64,000 bases of DNA. It comes from an uncultured Nitrososphaerota archaeon. Lineage in GTDB: Archaea; Thermoproteota; EX4484-205; JAAOZP01. This document shows positions 27,948-36,979 of this stretch, piece after piece (position 1 is the first letter of the stretch; the number at the start of each line of letters is the position of its first letter). The notes beneath the pieces are model-generated. The model ran no database searches. It had not been told where the DNA came from and worked only from the letters and a program-made list of their open reading frames with translations. The position numbers and the translations under genes are program-made. Location: NCBI GenBank assembly GCA_964416155.1, contig CAYQCW010000002.1:108748-172747 (forward strand), read 5' to 3'.

Positions 27948-29948
27948 CTATGTTTTAATCTCGGCTTTAGACGAACCGTCTTCTTGAACAGTTACTTCTA
28001 TAATGTTTGAAGCCTCTTCCTCACAAATATTGTAGTGGGTTACAAGTATCATTTGAGAGAGCTGCTTGGAGGCTTCCCCTATGTAGCTCGCAACCTGGGG
28101 AAGGTTTTCTGAGTCAACACCGTAGGTGGGCTCGTCAAGTATTAGCAGTGAATTCAGGTTTAACGCATCGAGGAGTGCGAGGCGTATGGCTAGAGCTAGA
28201 ATAGTTTGATGCCCTCCTCCGACTCTGGTTGCAGGAATAGGATCCGTCAACCCTTTCGGATGCACCGAAACAGAATAGTCCTCCGGGTTTATGATTACAG
28301 CGTCGTAAACATGCTGATCCGTCATAGCCCTATAGTACTCTAATGCTCGGAACTCTATGCGTTTTATCAGTTCTCTCCTCCTGGTTTCAACAGCCTGGTC
28401 GAAGAGTTGAGAAAGCCTGTGCGCGAGGCCAGCCTTCTTCATCCTTCTTTTAAGCTCGTTGAGCAGCCTCCTATAGTCCTCCAGCTTCCTACTGATATCC
28501 GACCTCATACTCTTCTTCCTCTCTAAAATCTTCTTCTTCTCAGCAAGCTCACCCCTCCTCCTGGCTAACTCCTCTGGCTGAAGGGGAAGCCGCTGGGCTA
28601 GCTTCAGCTTCAGATCAGGATCCTCAGGGGTGAAAGGCAGGTCGAGGACTGTCAGTTTCTCTTTCACCATAGCTAGGGTTTCACTCCTTATTTTCACGAG
28701 GGCTTCCGCGGAATCCAAATATTCTTTCAGACGGTTTCTCAGTGCCTTCATTCTTGAGCGCTCGCCTTCAGCAGCGTTTATTTTTTCCACAAGGTTTTGA
28801 AACTCCACGTTTTTCATCTCGTAAACCTTTCTCGCCTCAGCCTCCTCGAGACTAGCCCTGGCTAACGAGCCGCGATCCTCCTCCAGAATCCTCTGGATTA
28901 CAGCGGGATGCAGGTCTTGGCCACACGTGGGGCATTTAGAAGCCCCGCTTCCAGCAAGAGACTCACGCTCCCTTACTTGTTTCGCAAGGTTTTCAACACG
29001 GCTCTTCACGCTTAACCATTTCTCCGTGGAGGCATCAAGATCCTTCTTCAAACTATTTCTTGCTGCTTTCAGTGCTTCCAGCTCCTTTTCGCTTAAACTC
29101 ATTTTCTCATTCAACTCCTCAATCGAAGAGACACCGGCTTGCTCCAGAAGCTCTCGACTCCTTGAAGAAATCTTCTTCAGCTCCTCCTCAATCCCCTCCC
29201 TCTTCTTGATACAGTTGAGAAGCTCGGTTAACTCGGTTGATTCAGCCTTCTTCAAAAGGCTTTCAAGCTCCTGAACCTCCTTATTCAACTGACAAATGTC
29301 CTCGTCAATCTGTTTCAGGCTTGAATCAAGCTCCGGCACCCGTTCCTCAAGACTCTGAATCTCGGTTGCAGCATCCTTCCCGTTAAACCTCTCCAGCTCT
29401 CTCCTTGCCTCATCCAGCTGTTCACGCATCTCTCTTAACAGCGTTATCCCCATTACTGAGTCCATGTGTTCCCTCTGAGGCTCCAGTATCTCGGTTAACC
29501 TACCCTGCCTAATATAGACCAGGTTGATAAACTTCCTTAAACTCATTCCGAGAAGCTCAGTAATCATGCTCCTCAAGTCCTCCTCACCCCCCAGAGACAC
29601 GTTTTTACCGTCAATCCGGAGCATTCGTTCCCCTGTCCTGTAATCCCCGTTCCTATCTAAACCGCCTCTTCTCTCAACTTCAACAACCTTGCCGCTAACC
29701 GGGCTTCTGAACTTTACGTAGACACTCATCTCCCCTGAGCCCGGTAGCTTTGAAACCAGCAGCTTCGGCCTAGCCTCCGGCACCTCGCCGAAAAGCGCGA
29801 ACGTCAGCGCGTTGAGCAGAGTAGTTTTACCTGTCGAATTCCTACCTTTTATAAGGTTAAGCCCAGCTGAGAAATCTAGCTGAACACTCTTATAACACTC
29901 CAAGTTTCTGAGTCTAAGCGTTTCGATTAAGCCGCTCATTTCACCCAC
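27948..29948 (-). CDS. rad50: Rad50/SbcC-like SMC ATPase
   Basis: GRNSTGKTT, YIRQG Q-loop, central CPTCG zinc hook, LILDEPT, ILVTH; operon context. Confidence 0.88.
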   Translation of the reverse strand: MGEMSGLIETLRLRNLECYKSVQLDFSAGLNLIKGRNSTGKTTLLNALTFALFGEVPEARPKLLVSKLPGSGEMSVYVKFRSPVSGKVVEVERRGGLDRNGDYRTGERMLRIDGKNVSLGGEEDLRSMITELLGMSLRKFINLVYIRQGRLTEILEPQREHMDSVMGITLLREMREQLDEARRELERFNGKDAATEIQSLEERVPELDSSLKQIDEDICQLNKEVQELESLLKKAESTELTELLNCIKKREGIEEELKKISSRSRELLEQAGVSSIEELNEKMSLSEKELEALKAARNSLKKDLDASTEKWLSVKSRVENLAKQVRERESLAGSGASKCPTCGQDLHPAVIQRILEEDRGSLARASLEEAEARKVYEMKNVEFQNLVEKINAAEGERSRMKALRNRLKEYLDSAEALVKIRSETLAMVKEKLTVLDLPFTPEDPDLKLKLAQRLPLQPEELARRRGELAEKKKILERKKSMRSDISRKLEDYRRLLNELKRRMKKAGLAHRLSQLFDQAVETRRRELIKRIEFRALEYYRAMTDQHVYDAVIINPEDYSVSVHPKGLTDPIPATRVGGGHQTILALAIRLALLDALNLNSLLILDEPTYGVDSENLPQVASYIGEASKQLSQMILVTHYNICEEEASNIIEVTVQEDGSSKAEIKT

Positions 29949-31203
29949 CTGCCTTCTCTAAAATCTGAACCCAGCGTTTTACGAAACGGCTCCTATCGGA
30001 GTCTGTGAGAAGCCCCGTTCTCTGACTTGCCTTTTCATCGAGAGTCATACTCAGCTCCTCCACGATCTTCATCGCTTCCTCCGACATTTCCCCGAGGGAT
30101 TTCAAAATCTCCATCGCATAGTCGAGTCCGCTGCCAAGCCTAGAAAAGACTGCTCTCTGCTTAACGTCTTCAACACGGTTAACCAATTCAACATGCAGCA
30201 ACCTGGTTGAGACGGTTTTCTTCGCAACCTCCTTCCGGAGAGACCTGTCTATGGTGTGCGGATCATTATCAGCGTATCCGCTTAAAACTAGGCGCAGTAT
30301 TCCGTCAATACCTCTAGCTTGAAGATCGGAGTAGTAAGCATCTATCTCGCGAACAGATTGTTCAATGAACCATTCACAGGGTTTCACAGCGCCTTTTGAA
30401 TCCACTTTAACGTTGCGTATTTCATGCAGAGGCTTTATCGGCAGGAACTTTACTTGTCTACCGTCCAACACGTAGACTCCGAAGGAGCCTTCGTCAGACA
30501 GGTCGACTGCCTCAGTTGCACCAGGCGTTAGGAAAAGCGTCCCGTTACTCTCCACCGGTTTAACCTTTCCATGATAGTGGCCGGCTAAAACGATATTGAC
30601 TCCAAGCTCATCGAAATCCCTTACTGTAAGATAGTTATGCGGGGGGACTCCTGGAGGAATCTCGTGATACCCTTGAATAAAGTTGTGTACTGCGAGAACC
30701 TTAAGCTCTCCTTCCATCTTAAACCCTCTTCGGATCATATTCTTCACATTCCTGAAAACACGTGAAATGTACGGATGGTAAGGCAGTCCTATTAACCGGA
30801 TGCCTTTGAAAAAATAGGATTCCTCCCCACCCCTTATCGTGGCCTCACCCACTACCTTAAGATATTTTGCGAGAGGATGCTTAACGAAGTCTAGAGCATT
30901 GTCTTCAAGAGCACCGTCATGGTTCCCCCTAATGAGGAATACGGATACTTCTCCACCGTGTTCCACGCGAATAGAGTTGACTAGGCGCTGCAACTCCTCC
31001 TTGACGAAAACGCTGTCCTCAGATATCATGCTGCGTTTCTCAAAGAGGTCTCCCGCATGGATCACGCATTCCACTTTTTCCTTTATGAAAATATTAATGG
31101 CCTGAGTGAAGGCGTGACGATAAGCGTTTCTCCTGAGCTCGCCGACCTCTCTAGGTATGTTTCTACCTATATGGGTGTCGGCAAAAACCCCTATCTTCAT
31201 CAT
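29941..31203 (-). CDS. mre11: Mre11/SbcD-like nuclease
   Basis: ADTHIG, HAGDLFE, GNHD, AGHYH phosphoesterase motifs. Confidence 0.9.
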   Translation of the reverse strand: MMKIGVFADTHIGRNIPREVGELRRNAYRHAFTQAINIFIKEKVECVIHAGDLFEKRSMISEDSVFVKEELQRLVNSIRVEHGGEVSVFLIRGNHDGALEDNALDFVKHPLAKYLKVVGEATIRGGEESYFFKGIRLIGLPYHPYISRVFRNVKNMIRRGFKMEGELKVLAVHNFIQGYHEIPPGVPPHNYLTVRDFDELGVNIVLAGHYHGKVKPVESNGTLFLTPGATEAVDLSDEGSFGVYVLDGRQVKFLPIKPLHEIRNVKVDSKGAVKPCEWFIEQSVREIDAYYSDLQARGIDGILRLVLSGYADNDPHTIDRSLRKEVAKKTVSTRLLHVELVNRVEDVKQRAVFSRLGSGLDYAMEILKSLGEMSEEAMKIVEELSMTLDEKASQRTGLLTDSDRSRFVKRWVQILEKAGG

Positions 31204-31206
31204 ATC

Positions 31207-32763
31207 TCACCATTTGCCCGTTTCCCTTCGCCTAAGCTGCTCATTAATCCTTTCCATGATATTGCTGAGCTCAGGCGTTACACCATGATGAACTGTCCTC
31301 CTGTCCAGGGTCTTCACGTGAGCCGGAAGAGGCACGAAAGGCCCGACGAGCACAGCCTCCCCCTGGTTTAGCCCAGGAAGGTCCTCTATAAGCCTATGGT
31401 AAAAGCTTTCACTAGCATTCTCTATGACGCTCTGATCCTGCTGGTTGGTTATTCTCATCACCGCGTAGTTACCGACGTTGCTCAATATGTCTGGGTCTAT
31501 GTTTCTCGGACGCTGGCTTATCAGAGTTATGAAGAGCCCAAACTTGGCACCCTCCCTTATGGCTGTGGATATGGTTCTGACAGCATAACCCCCGCTCTTC
31601 TCAGAAGCTATACGATGAGCCTCTTCGATGAAGAGAAAGACAGGAGTAAAGTTCTTCTCGTCGCTCTTACTTGAAACCTGGTGTCTGAACAAGGTGTCTA
31701 CAATTATACTAGCGTACGCGTCTTGAACTCTTGAACGCAACCCGTTTAGACAGATGACGCTCAGCGTCTTCGGAGCCAGCAACTCGGAGATACTCATCCC
31801 AGTCGGTGGTAGCGAGACCTCTTCCCCCAGGTCTTCCAGCCTAGCGAGAAGACTCTCATACCTGGCTCTATCCTCCCCCTTAAGCACCGGCTTACCATCA
31901 CTATCGGTTTCCTCCAGCTTGCTCCTGATTAACTCGGTTATGTCCCCAAGCCCAAAAGGCCGTCTCTCCGATTTAAGCCTCCTCAAGATGTTTCTCAGAA
32001 CTATTTTCTGCCTCTCCCCGAGAGTAGTTCCAAGAAGCGCGATTACAGCCTCGTATGTCAACTGCTCAGGACTTAGTTGAAGCTCCCTCTGCTCAGCAGT
32101 CACTCCGCCTACTTTTGGAGCGCCAGGAGGACAGTAGACAATGATGTTGAAGTCGCCATGCCTACCGTTTTTAACCAGCCTATCCATCATCACGTAGTCC
32201 GCATGAATATCTATGACGACTACTGGGAAAGGCGTGTTCACAAGAACCTCCTCGATCAACCTGCCGGCGAAATATGATTTCCCCGCTCTAGTAGCTGCGA
32301 AAACGCCTAAATGGAATTGAAGGTCCTGAAGGTGTATAGGAACCTTAACCATGGGCCTGTTGAGGAGCATCGCTACGTACACGGGTATCCTTCTCTTTAC
32401 CCCTGAGAAGAATGTTTGAAGAAGCTCGTCGTCAGCCCTGTAGACAGGTGTGTTAGGGTCTGGAGCAACCTTCGGCCTCATGATCCGCCCATCCTTAAGA
32501 AACCCCACTACCTCTGTTGAAACCAGCCTGTATGAATACGGTGACACCTGTTGCTCAGCGGCCAGCCTCTCCGTCGCAAGAGGGTTTTTAGAAGCCAGGC
32601 CAACGATCTCTGCTAAAACCCTAACCTTCTCCAGCCTCCCATCGTCAAAATTATTCACCTCAATGAAAACATAGTCGTGGAGAGCTACTGGATTATCTAT
32701 ACCTGTTTTAAAAACGAAACCGTACGGGGTGGACTCCTCTATCACTCTTCCAAGCGGCTCCAT
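31207..32763 (-). CDS. herA: HerA bipolar DNA helicase/translocase
   Basis: N-terminal HAS barrel, AATRAGKS, IDIHADY, IEEAH, REGAKFG, SQRP, LPGLNQGEA. Confidence 0.9.
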   Translation of the reverse strand: MEPLGRVIEESTPYGFVFKTGIDNPVALHDYVFIEVNNFDDGRLEKVRVLAEIVGLASKNPLATERLAAEQQVSPYSYRLVSTEVVGFLKDGRIMRPKVAPDPNTPVYRADDELLQTFFSGVKRRIPVYVAMLLNRPMVKVPIHLQDLQFHLGVFAATRAGKSYFAGRLIEEVLVNTPFPVVVIDIHADYVMMDRLVKNGRHGDFNIIVYCPPGAPKVGGVTAEQRELQLSPEQLTYEAVIALLGTTLGERQKIVLRNILRRLKSERRPFGLGDITELIRSKLEETDSDGKPVLKGEDRARYESLLARLEDLGEEVSLPPTGMSISELLAPKTLSVICLNGLRSRVQDAYASIIVDTLFRHQVSSKSDEKNFTPVFLFIEEAHRIASEKSGGYAVRTISTAIREGAKFGLFITLISQRPRNIDPDILSNVGNYAVMRITNQQDQSVIENASESFYHRLIEDLPGLNQGEAVLVGPFVPLPAHVKTLDRRTVHHGVTPELSNIMERINEQLRRRETGKW

Positions 32764-34040
32764 CAGTATCCCCTCAACACAGCATCCCTAAGGCTTCTCC
32801 TCCTAGGGCTTGCTTTAAAACCTCTCCTACTCAACTCTTCGACAACAACCGGCTCGTAAGCATCCTTGTAGATGCTCCTACTAAGCCTAGCAATAGAGTC
32901 TACTTCAGCAAGCGGGTGCACAACATGAGGCTCGTGTTGCAGCCTGTTTAACACGCAGAATATCTTTTTTGCCTTTTCAACACCCGAATCGTCCATGAAA
33001 AAGTCTCCAGAAAGGCTTCCACCGGCGCCACTGTATCCTAGAATGCTTGAAGGCACGTCGACCCTGTACACCTTGGAGCCCATACCCGGCATCCAGTATG
33101 TTAACGCTACCGGAGGATTTGAAAAATAGTCGTCAAGCGCCCCGAGAACCCCTTTTAATTCCTCATCCCGCTTTAGACGCGCCCTGAACCCTGAGTCCCA
33201 CCAGCTGGTTGACTTAGCCTCCCCGGTTAGGAAAATCGTCTGCGGCGCTAGAAGAAGCGGCTTCGTGAACCCTGGGCTGGGAGCTATCTGGCTATAAACC
33301 CCTTCATCTGAAAAATCCTGCTCCAACTCTTCAAAACAGGTTTTCAAAATTGAGTCTGGAGGCAATCCCTTAATCTTCTCGCCTAAAACCTCTCTAATCC
33401 TCCTTAGGCTTCTCCCCCTTGCTTCAGCAGCAAGCTCAGAGTCTAGGCTGTGCAGAATATCAATCATTATCTTAGCCCTGAGATAACTAATGTCACTGTC
33501 CTTCGAAATACCTATGGCCATCCTCCCATCGTCAACAAGCTTCAGGAGAAGGGTCAGCTCCCTAACGTAATTCTCAAAAACCCTTGAAAAAACCCTTAAA
33601 CGGTCCCTGTGATGTAGAAAAGTCAGGTAGAGGTTTCCGTCGAAAATACCGAGAACCCTCCCATGCAGCCGGGAAGCCTTTTCTAAAGCCCGCCTCAGCG
33701 TCCTAAGCTCCAGGGCCCTTAGAAACAGCCCTCTGCCTTGAAGCCTATAGCCCGCTTCCACCTCAGCCTCCAGCAGGCTTATCGGCTCGCCCCCCCTCGA
33801 GTAAATATGTGCCACGGATCTAGCAACCCAGATAACCAGGCCTCCGGAGAAGCTGGATTCGCTGATGCTCCCATCGCAAGCAGCCACGGCTCCATCAGGC
33901 TCACAGGTTTCATCATAGGGGCACCATTTCGAAAGATAGGAAGCCTTGAAAGGCGACGAGTTGAAGCTTAGCAGGCTCAGCCTGCTTATTGATTCACGCA
34001 ACCCGCTTAGGAACATCTGGAAGAACTGCTCCTCAGCCAT
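32763..34040 (-). CDS. nurA: NurA nuclease
   Basis: AACDGS, IFDGNL, GISKDS and C-terminal PLAEVD..AR; first gene of the herA-mre11-rad50 operon. Confidence 0.85.
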   Translation of the reverse strand: MAEEQFFQMFLSGLRESISRLSLLSFNSSPFKASYLSKWCPYDETCEPDGAVAACDGSISESSFSGGLVIWVARSVAHIYSRGGEPISLLEAEVEAGYRLQGRGLFLRALELRTLRRALEKASRLHGRVLGIFDGNLYLTFLHHRDRLRVFSRVFENYVRELTLLLKLVDDGRMAIGISKDSDISYLRAKIMIDILHSLDSELAAEARGRSLRRIREVLGEKIKGLPPDSILKTCFEELEQDFSDEGVYSQIAPSPGFTKPLLLAPQTIFLTGEAKSTSWWDSGFRARLKRDEELKGVLGALDDYFSNPPVALTYWMPGMGSKVYRVDVPSSILGYSGAGGSLSGDFFMDDSGVEKAKKIFCVLNRLQHEPHVVHPLAEVDSIARLSRSIYKDAYEPVVVEELSRRGFKASPRRRSLRDAVLRGY

Positions 34041-34114
34041 CCTGCTTGAAAAACAGTTTTAAGCCTTATTATTCTTTCTCACACTGTCCCCGACAGAAAG
34101 CTTTGAAAGAACCT

Positions 34115-36421
34115 TTATTTCACCTGAACGCTGCTGAAGAATACTGTTCTAAAGCCTATGGTTCTAGCTTCACCCGTAACCTTGAAACTGCCTCTAAGCC
34201 TTATGTCTTCGGAAGAACTGCCGATAAAGACTTCGAAGACACCTGGCTCAACCATCAGCCTCATGTGCTCATCGTAGAAGGCAAGCTGCTCAGTGGAAAG
34301 CGTGAACTCAACAGTCTTAGTCTCCCCAGGATCAAGACTCAGCCTTTTGAAACCCTTAAGCTCCATCACCGGCCTGGTGACACTTGACACCCGGTCCCTC
34401 ACGTAAAGCTGAACAACCTCGTCACCCCTCCGGTCGCCAGTATTCCTCAGCCTGAAACGTATCTTAACACTTCCCGTGGAACTGGTTTCCTGCGGCTCAA
34501 TCTCGAGGGAACCGTATTCGAAGACCGTGTAGCTTAAACCATGGCCGAAGGGGAATTCCGGCTTAGCATCCATGCCAACGTAATTCCTGAACGACGAAGG
34601 CTTCCTGTTATAGTCCAGCGGAATCTGGCCAGCGTTCTTCGGAAAAGACAGCGGAAGCCTCCCCCCGGGGTTATAGTATCCGAAGAGCACGTCTGCGACA
34701 GCGTTCCCCCCTTCTTCACCAGGGTACCATGCTTCAAGTATCGCTGAACACTTTTCAACCATCCAGCCGAGGGAAAGAGGCCTGCCGTTAACAAGCACCA
34801 GTATAACCGGCTTACCAGTTTTGCAGAGTTCCCTCATTAAGTCCTCCTGAACCCCGGGCAGCCCTAGGGAAAACCTGTCACACCCCTCGCCGGAGACACC
34901 TCTTTCAAACATTCCGGATTTTTCACCCATCACAGCTATAACGACGTCTGATTCCAGGGCTGTTTTAACAGCTTCACCGAATCCTTCTCTAGACTCCTCA
35001 GTGACGTCGCAGCCCTTAGCGTAATTTATCAATATTTTTCCAGGAGCCCTGTTTCTGACGCCCTCAAGAATGCTGACTGTCCTCACAGCACCCTCCTTGA
35101 AAACCTCCTCGTAGCCGGGTGGCTGGTTAGCCATATCCATGTGAGCCGTGAAACTGTAGTCGCCGTGTAGATTCCTCTTGCTGTCGGCATTCGGCCCTAT
35201 GACTGCTATCGACTTAACCGTCTCCCGGATTGGGAGAACCCCATTGTTTTTCAGGAGGACTATAGACTCCCTAGCAGCTCTTTGGGCGAGAGCCCTATCC
35301 TCATCCCTGTCAAACTGGCTTTTAGCCTCCTCCGGGTTGACATAAGGGTTTTCGAACAAGCCTAGTAGAAACTTGGCTCTTAAAACCCTTGAGACAGCCA
35401 GGTCGACAACACCCTCGGAAACCCTGCCCTCTCTAACAGCCTCCAGAAGGGGCGCCCCGTAGCAGTCTACATGGGGAAGCTCGACATCTATCCCTGCTTG
35501 AATCGCCTGGACTGCAGCATCCTTAGCGTCTATAGCAGTATTGTGAAAGTTTTCAAGCATCCTAATGGCGAAATAGTCTGAAACCACAAGCCCTTGGAAG
35601 CCCCATTCGCCCCTAAGGATATCTGTGAGGAGGGTTCTCGAGCAGGCGCAGGGAACCCCGTCTATCTCATGGTAAGCATTCATCACTGAGAAGACGCCTG
35701 CAACCTTAACAGCGGCCTCGAAAGGAAAAAGGAAAACCTCCCTTAGCTCCCTAGGAGTTGCATGAACCGGGGCACAGTTCCTCCCGCCTTCTGGAAAACC
35801 GTGGGCTGCGAAATGCTTAACGGTCGCTATCACGCCGTTTCTCAAATCCTCTCCTTGAAGACCCTTGACGTAAGCAACCCCCATGCTTGCAACCAGGTAT
35901 GGATCCTCGCCGTAAGTCTCCTCCGTCCTGCCCCACCTCGGGTCTCTGAGAACATCCAGAACAGGTGCAAGACCCTGGTGGGCTCCTGATGCTCTAACCT
36001 GCCTCCTTATGACTGAGGCAACTTTTTCAACAAGCTCAGGATTCCAAGTGCTTGCTAAGCCTATTGCCTGAGGGAACACTGTAGCCCCCATTGCCAAGAA
36101 GCCTGTTAAACACTCTTCGTGAACAATAGCAGGTATGTGAAGCCTAGTCTTCTCAACGAGAAGCCTCTGAATCTCGTTAGCCATTCTAGCACCCTCTCCA
36201 GGATTAACCCCTAGGGCTCCTGATAAACGGGTCAACTCCCCTATGCCTGTTTTAAGAAGATCCTCAAGCTTTTCCCGTGGAATAGCAGTCATTCCGAAAA
36301 TCCTTGGCCAGACCGACTGGAGTTGAGCAAGCTTCTCCTCCAGCGTCATTCTTTTCAAAAGATCCTTAACCCTGAGCTCAACAGGGGCTGAAGGGTCAAG
36401 GTAAACAGGCTTATCCTCCAT
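34115..36421 (-). CDS. Glycoside hydrolase family 3 (beta-glucosidase/xylosidase), cytoplasmic
   Basis: WGRTEETYGEDP, VKHFAAH, VVSDY nucleophile, C-terminal Fn3-like domain; no signal peptide. Confidence 0.95.
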   Translation of the reverse strand: MEDKPVYLDPSAPVELRVKDLLKRMTLEEKLAQLQSVWPRIFGMTAIPREKLEDLLKTGIGELTRLSGALGVNPGEGARMANEIQRLLVEKTRLHIPAIVHEECLTGFLAMGATVFPQAIGLASTWNPELVEKVASVIRRQVRASGAHQGLAPVLDVLRDPRWGRTEETYGEDPYLVASMGVAYVKGLQGEDLRNGVIATVKHFAAHGFPEGGRNCAPVHATPRELREVFLFPFEAAVKVAGVFSVMNAYHEIDGVPCACSRTLLTDILRGEWGFQGLVVSDYFAIRMLENFHNTAIDAKDAAVQAIQAGIDVELPHVDCYGAPLLEAVREGRVSEGVVDLAVSRVLRAKFLLGLFENPYVNPEEAKSQFDRDEDRALAQRAARESIVLLKNNGVLPIRETVKSIAVIGPNADSKRNLHGDYSFTAHMDMANQPPGYEEVFKEGAVRTVSILEGVRNRAPGKILINYAKGCDVTEESREGFGEAVKTALESDVVIAVMGEKSGMFERGVSGEGCDRFSLGLPGVQEDLMRELCKTGKPVILVLVNGRPLSLGWMVEKCSAILEAWYPGEEGGNAVADVLFGYYNPGGRLPLSFPKNAGQIPLDYNRKPSSFRNYVGMDAKPEFPFGHGLSYTVFEYGSLEIEPQETSSTGSVKIRFRLRNTGDRRGDEVVQLYVRDRVSSVTRPVMELKGFKRLSLDPGETKTVEFTLSTEQLAFYDEHMRLMVEPGVFEVFIGSSSEDIRLRGSFKVTGEARTIGFRTVFFSSVQVK

Positions 36422-36558
36422 CTTTACTTACCAATCATGCCATTATTCTCCAATATTTATGTTTTCAAACCATCTACATGGCACGCGCTTAGGGGTCAAA
36501 AGGGTTGTCCGCTTTAGAATGTTAAAATTAAAATTATTTAAGGCGGAAAAAGCGACTA

Positions 36559-36978
36559 TTGGATGGAGTGACAGTGGCTAGAAAGTTGAAAGTCCTGGAT
36601 ATTGATAAATGTGTGGGATGCCAGTTATGCATGTTTGCATGCTCAAGAAGGTTCGGCGAAGGAGGGTTCGCCAAGTCAGCAATAAGAGTAAAGTCGATCG
36701 GAGGAGTGGAGAGGGGTTTCACAGTCATCGTGTGCAGGGCCTGCCAAGACCCGCCGTGCATGAAGGTTTGCGTGACGAACGCACTATCCTTAAGGAAGGG
36801 CGGCGGGGTTACGCTTAACCCTTCGAAATGCATAGGATGCGGAAGATGTGTTGACGCATGCCCGCTTAAAGCAGTCTTCTGGGACAATGAGGCGAATAAG
36901 CCTAACATATGCGTCCACTGCGGCTACTGCACCAATTACTGTCCCTACAGGGTAATAGGGTTGAAGGAGGCTGAGTAG
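36559..36978 (+). CDS. 4Fe-4S polyferredoxin subunit of the adjacent oxidoreductase
   Basis: Four Cys clusters (CVGCQLCMFAC, CRACQDPPCMKVC, CIGCGRCVDACP, CVHCGYCTNYCP). Confidence 0.92.
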   Translation: MDGVTVARKLKVLDIDKCVGCQLCMFACSRRFGEGGFAKSAIRVKSIGGVERGFTVIVCRACQDPPCMKVCVTNALSLRKGGGVTLNPSKCIGCGRCVDACPLKAVFWDNEANKPNICVHCGYCTNYCPYRVIGLKEAE

Positions 36979-36979
36979 A

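Noticed and set aside
31207-32763. HerA as part of a Sir2-HerA or other HerA anti-phage system
   Set aside because: Its neighbours are nurA, mre11 and rad50, the known archaeal DSB-resection context; no Sir2 or DUF4297 partner.
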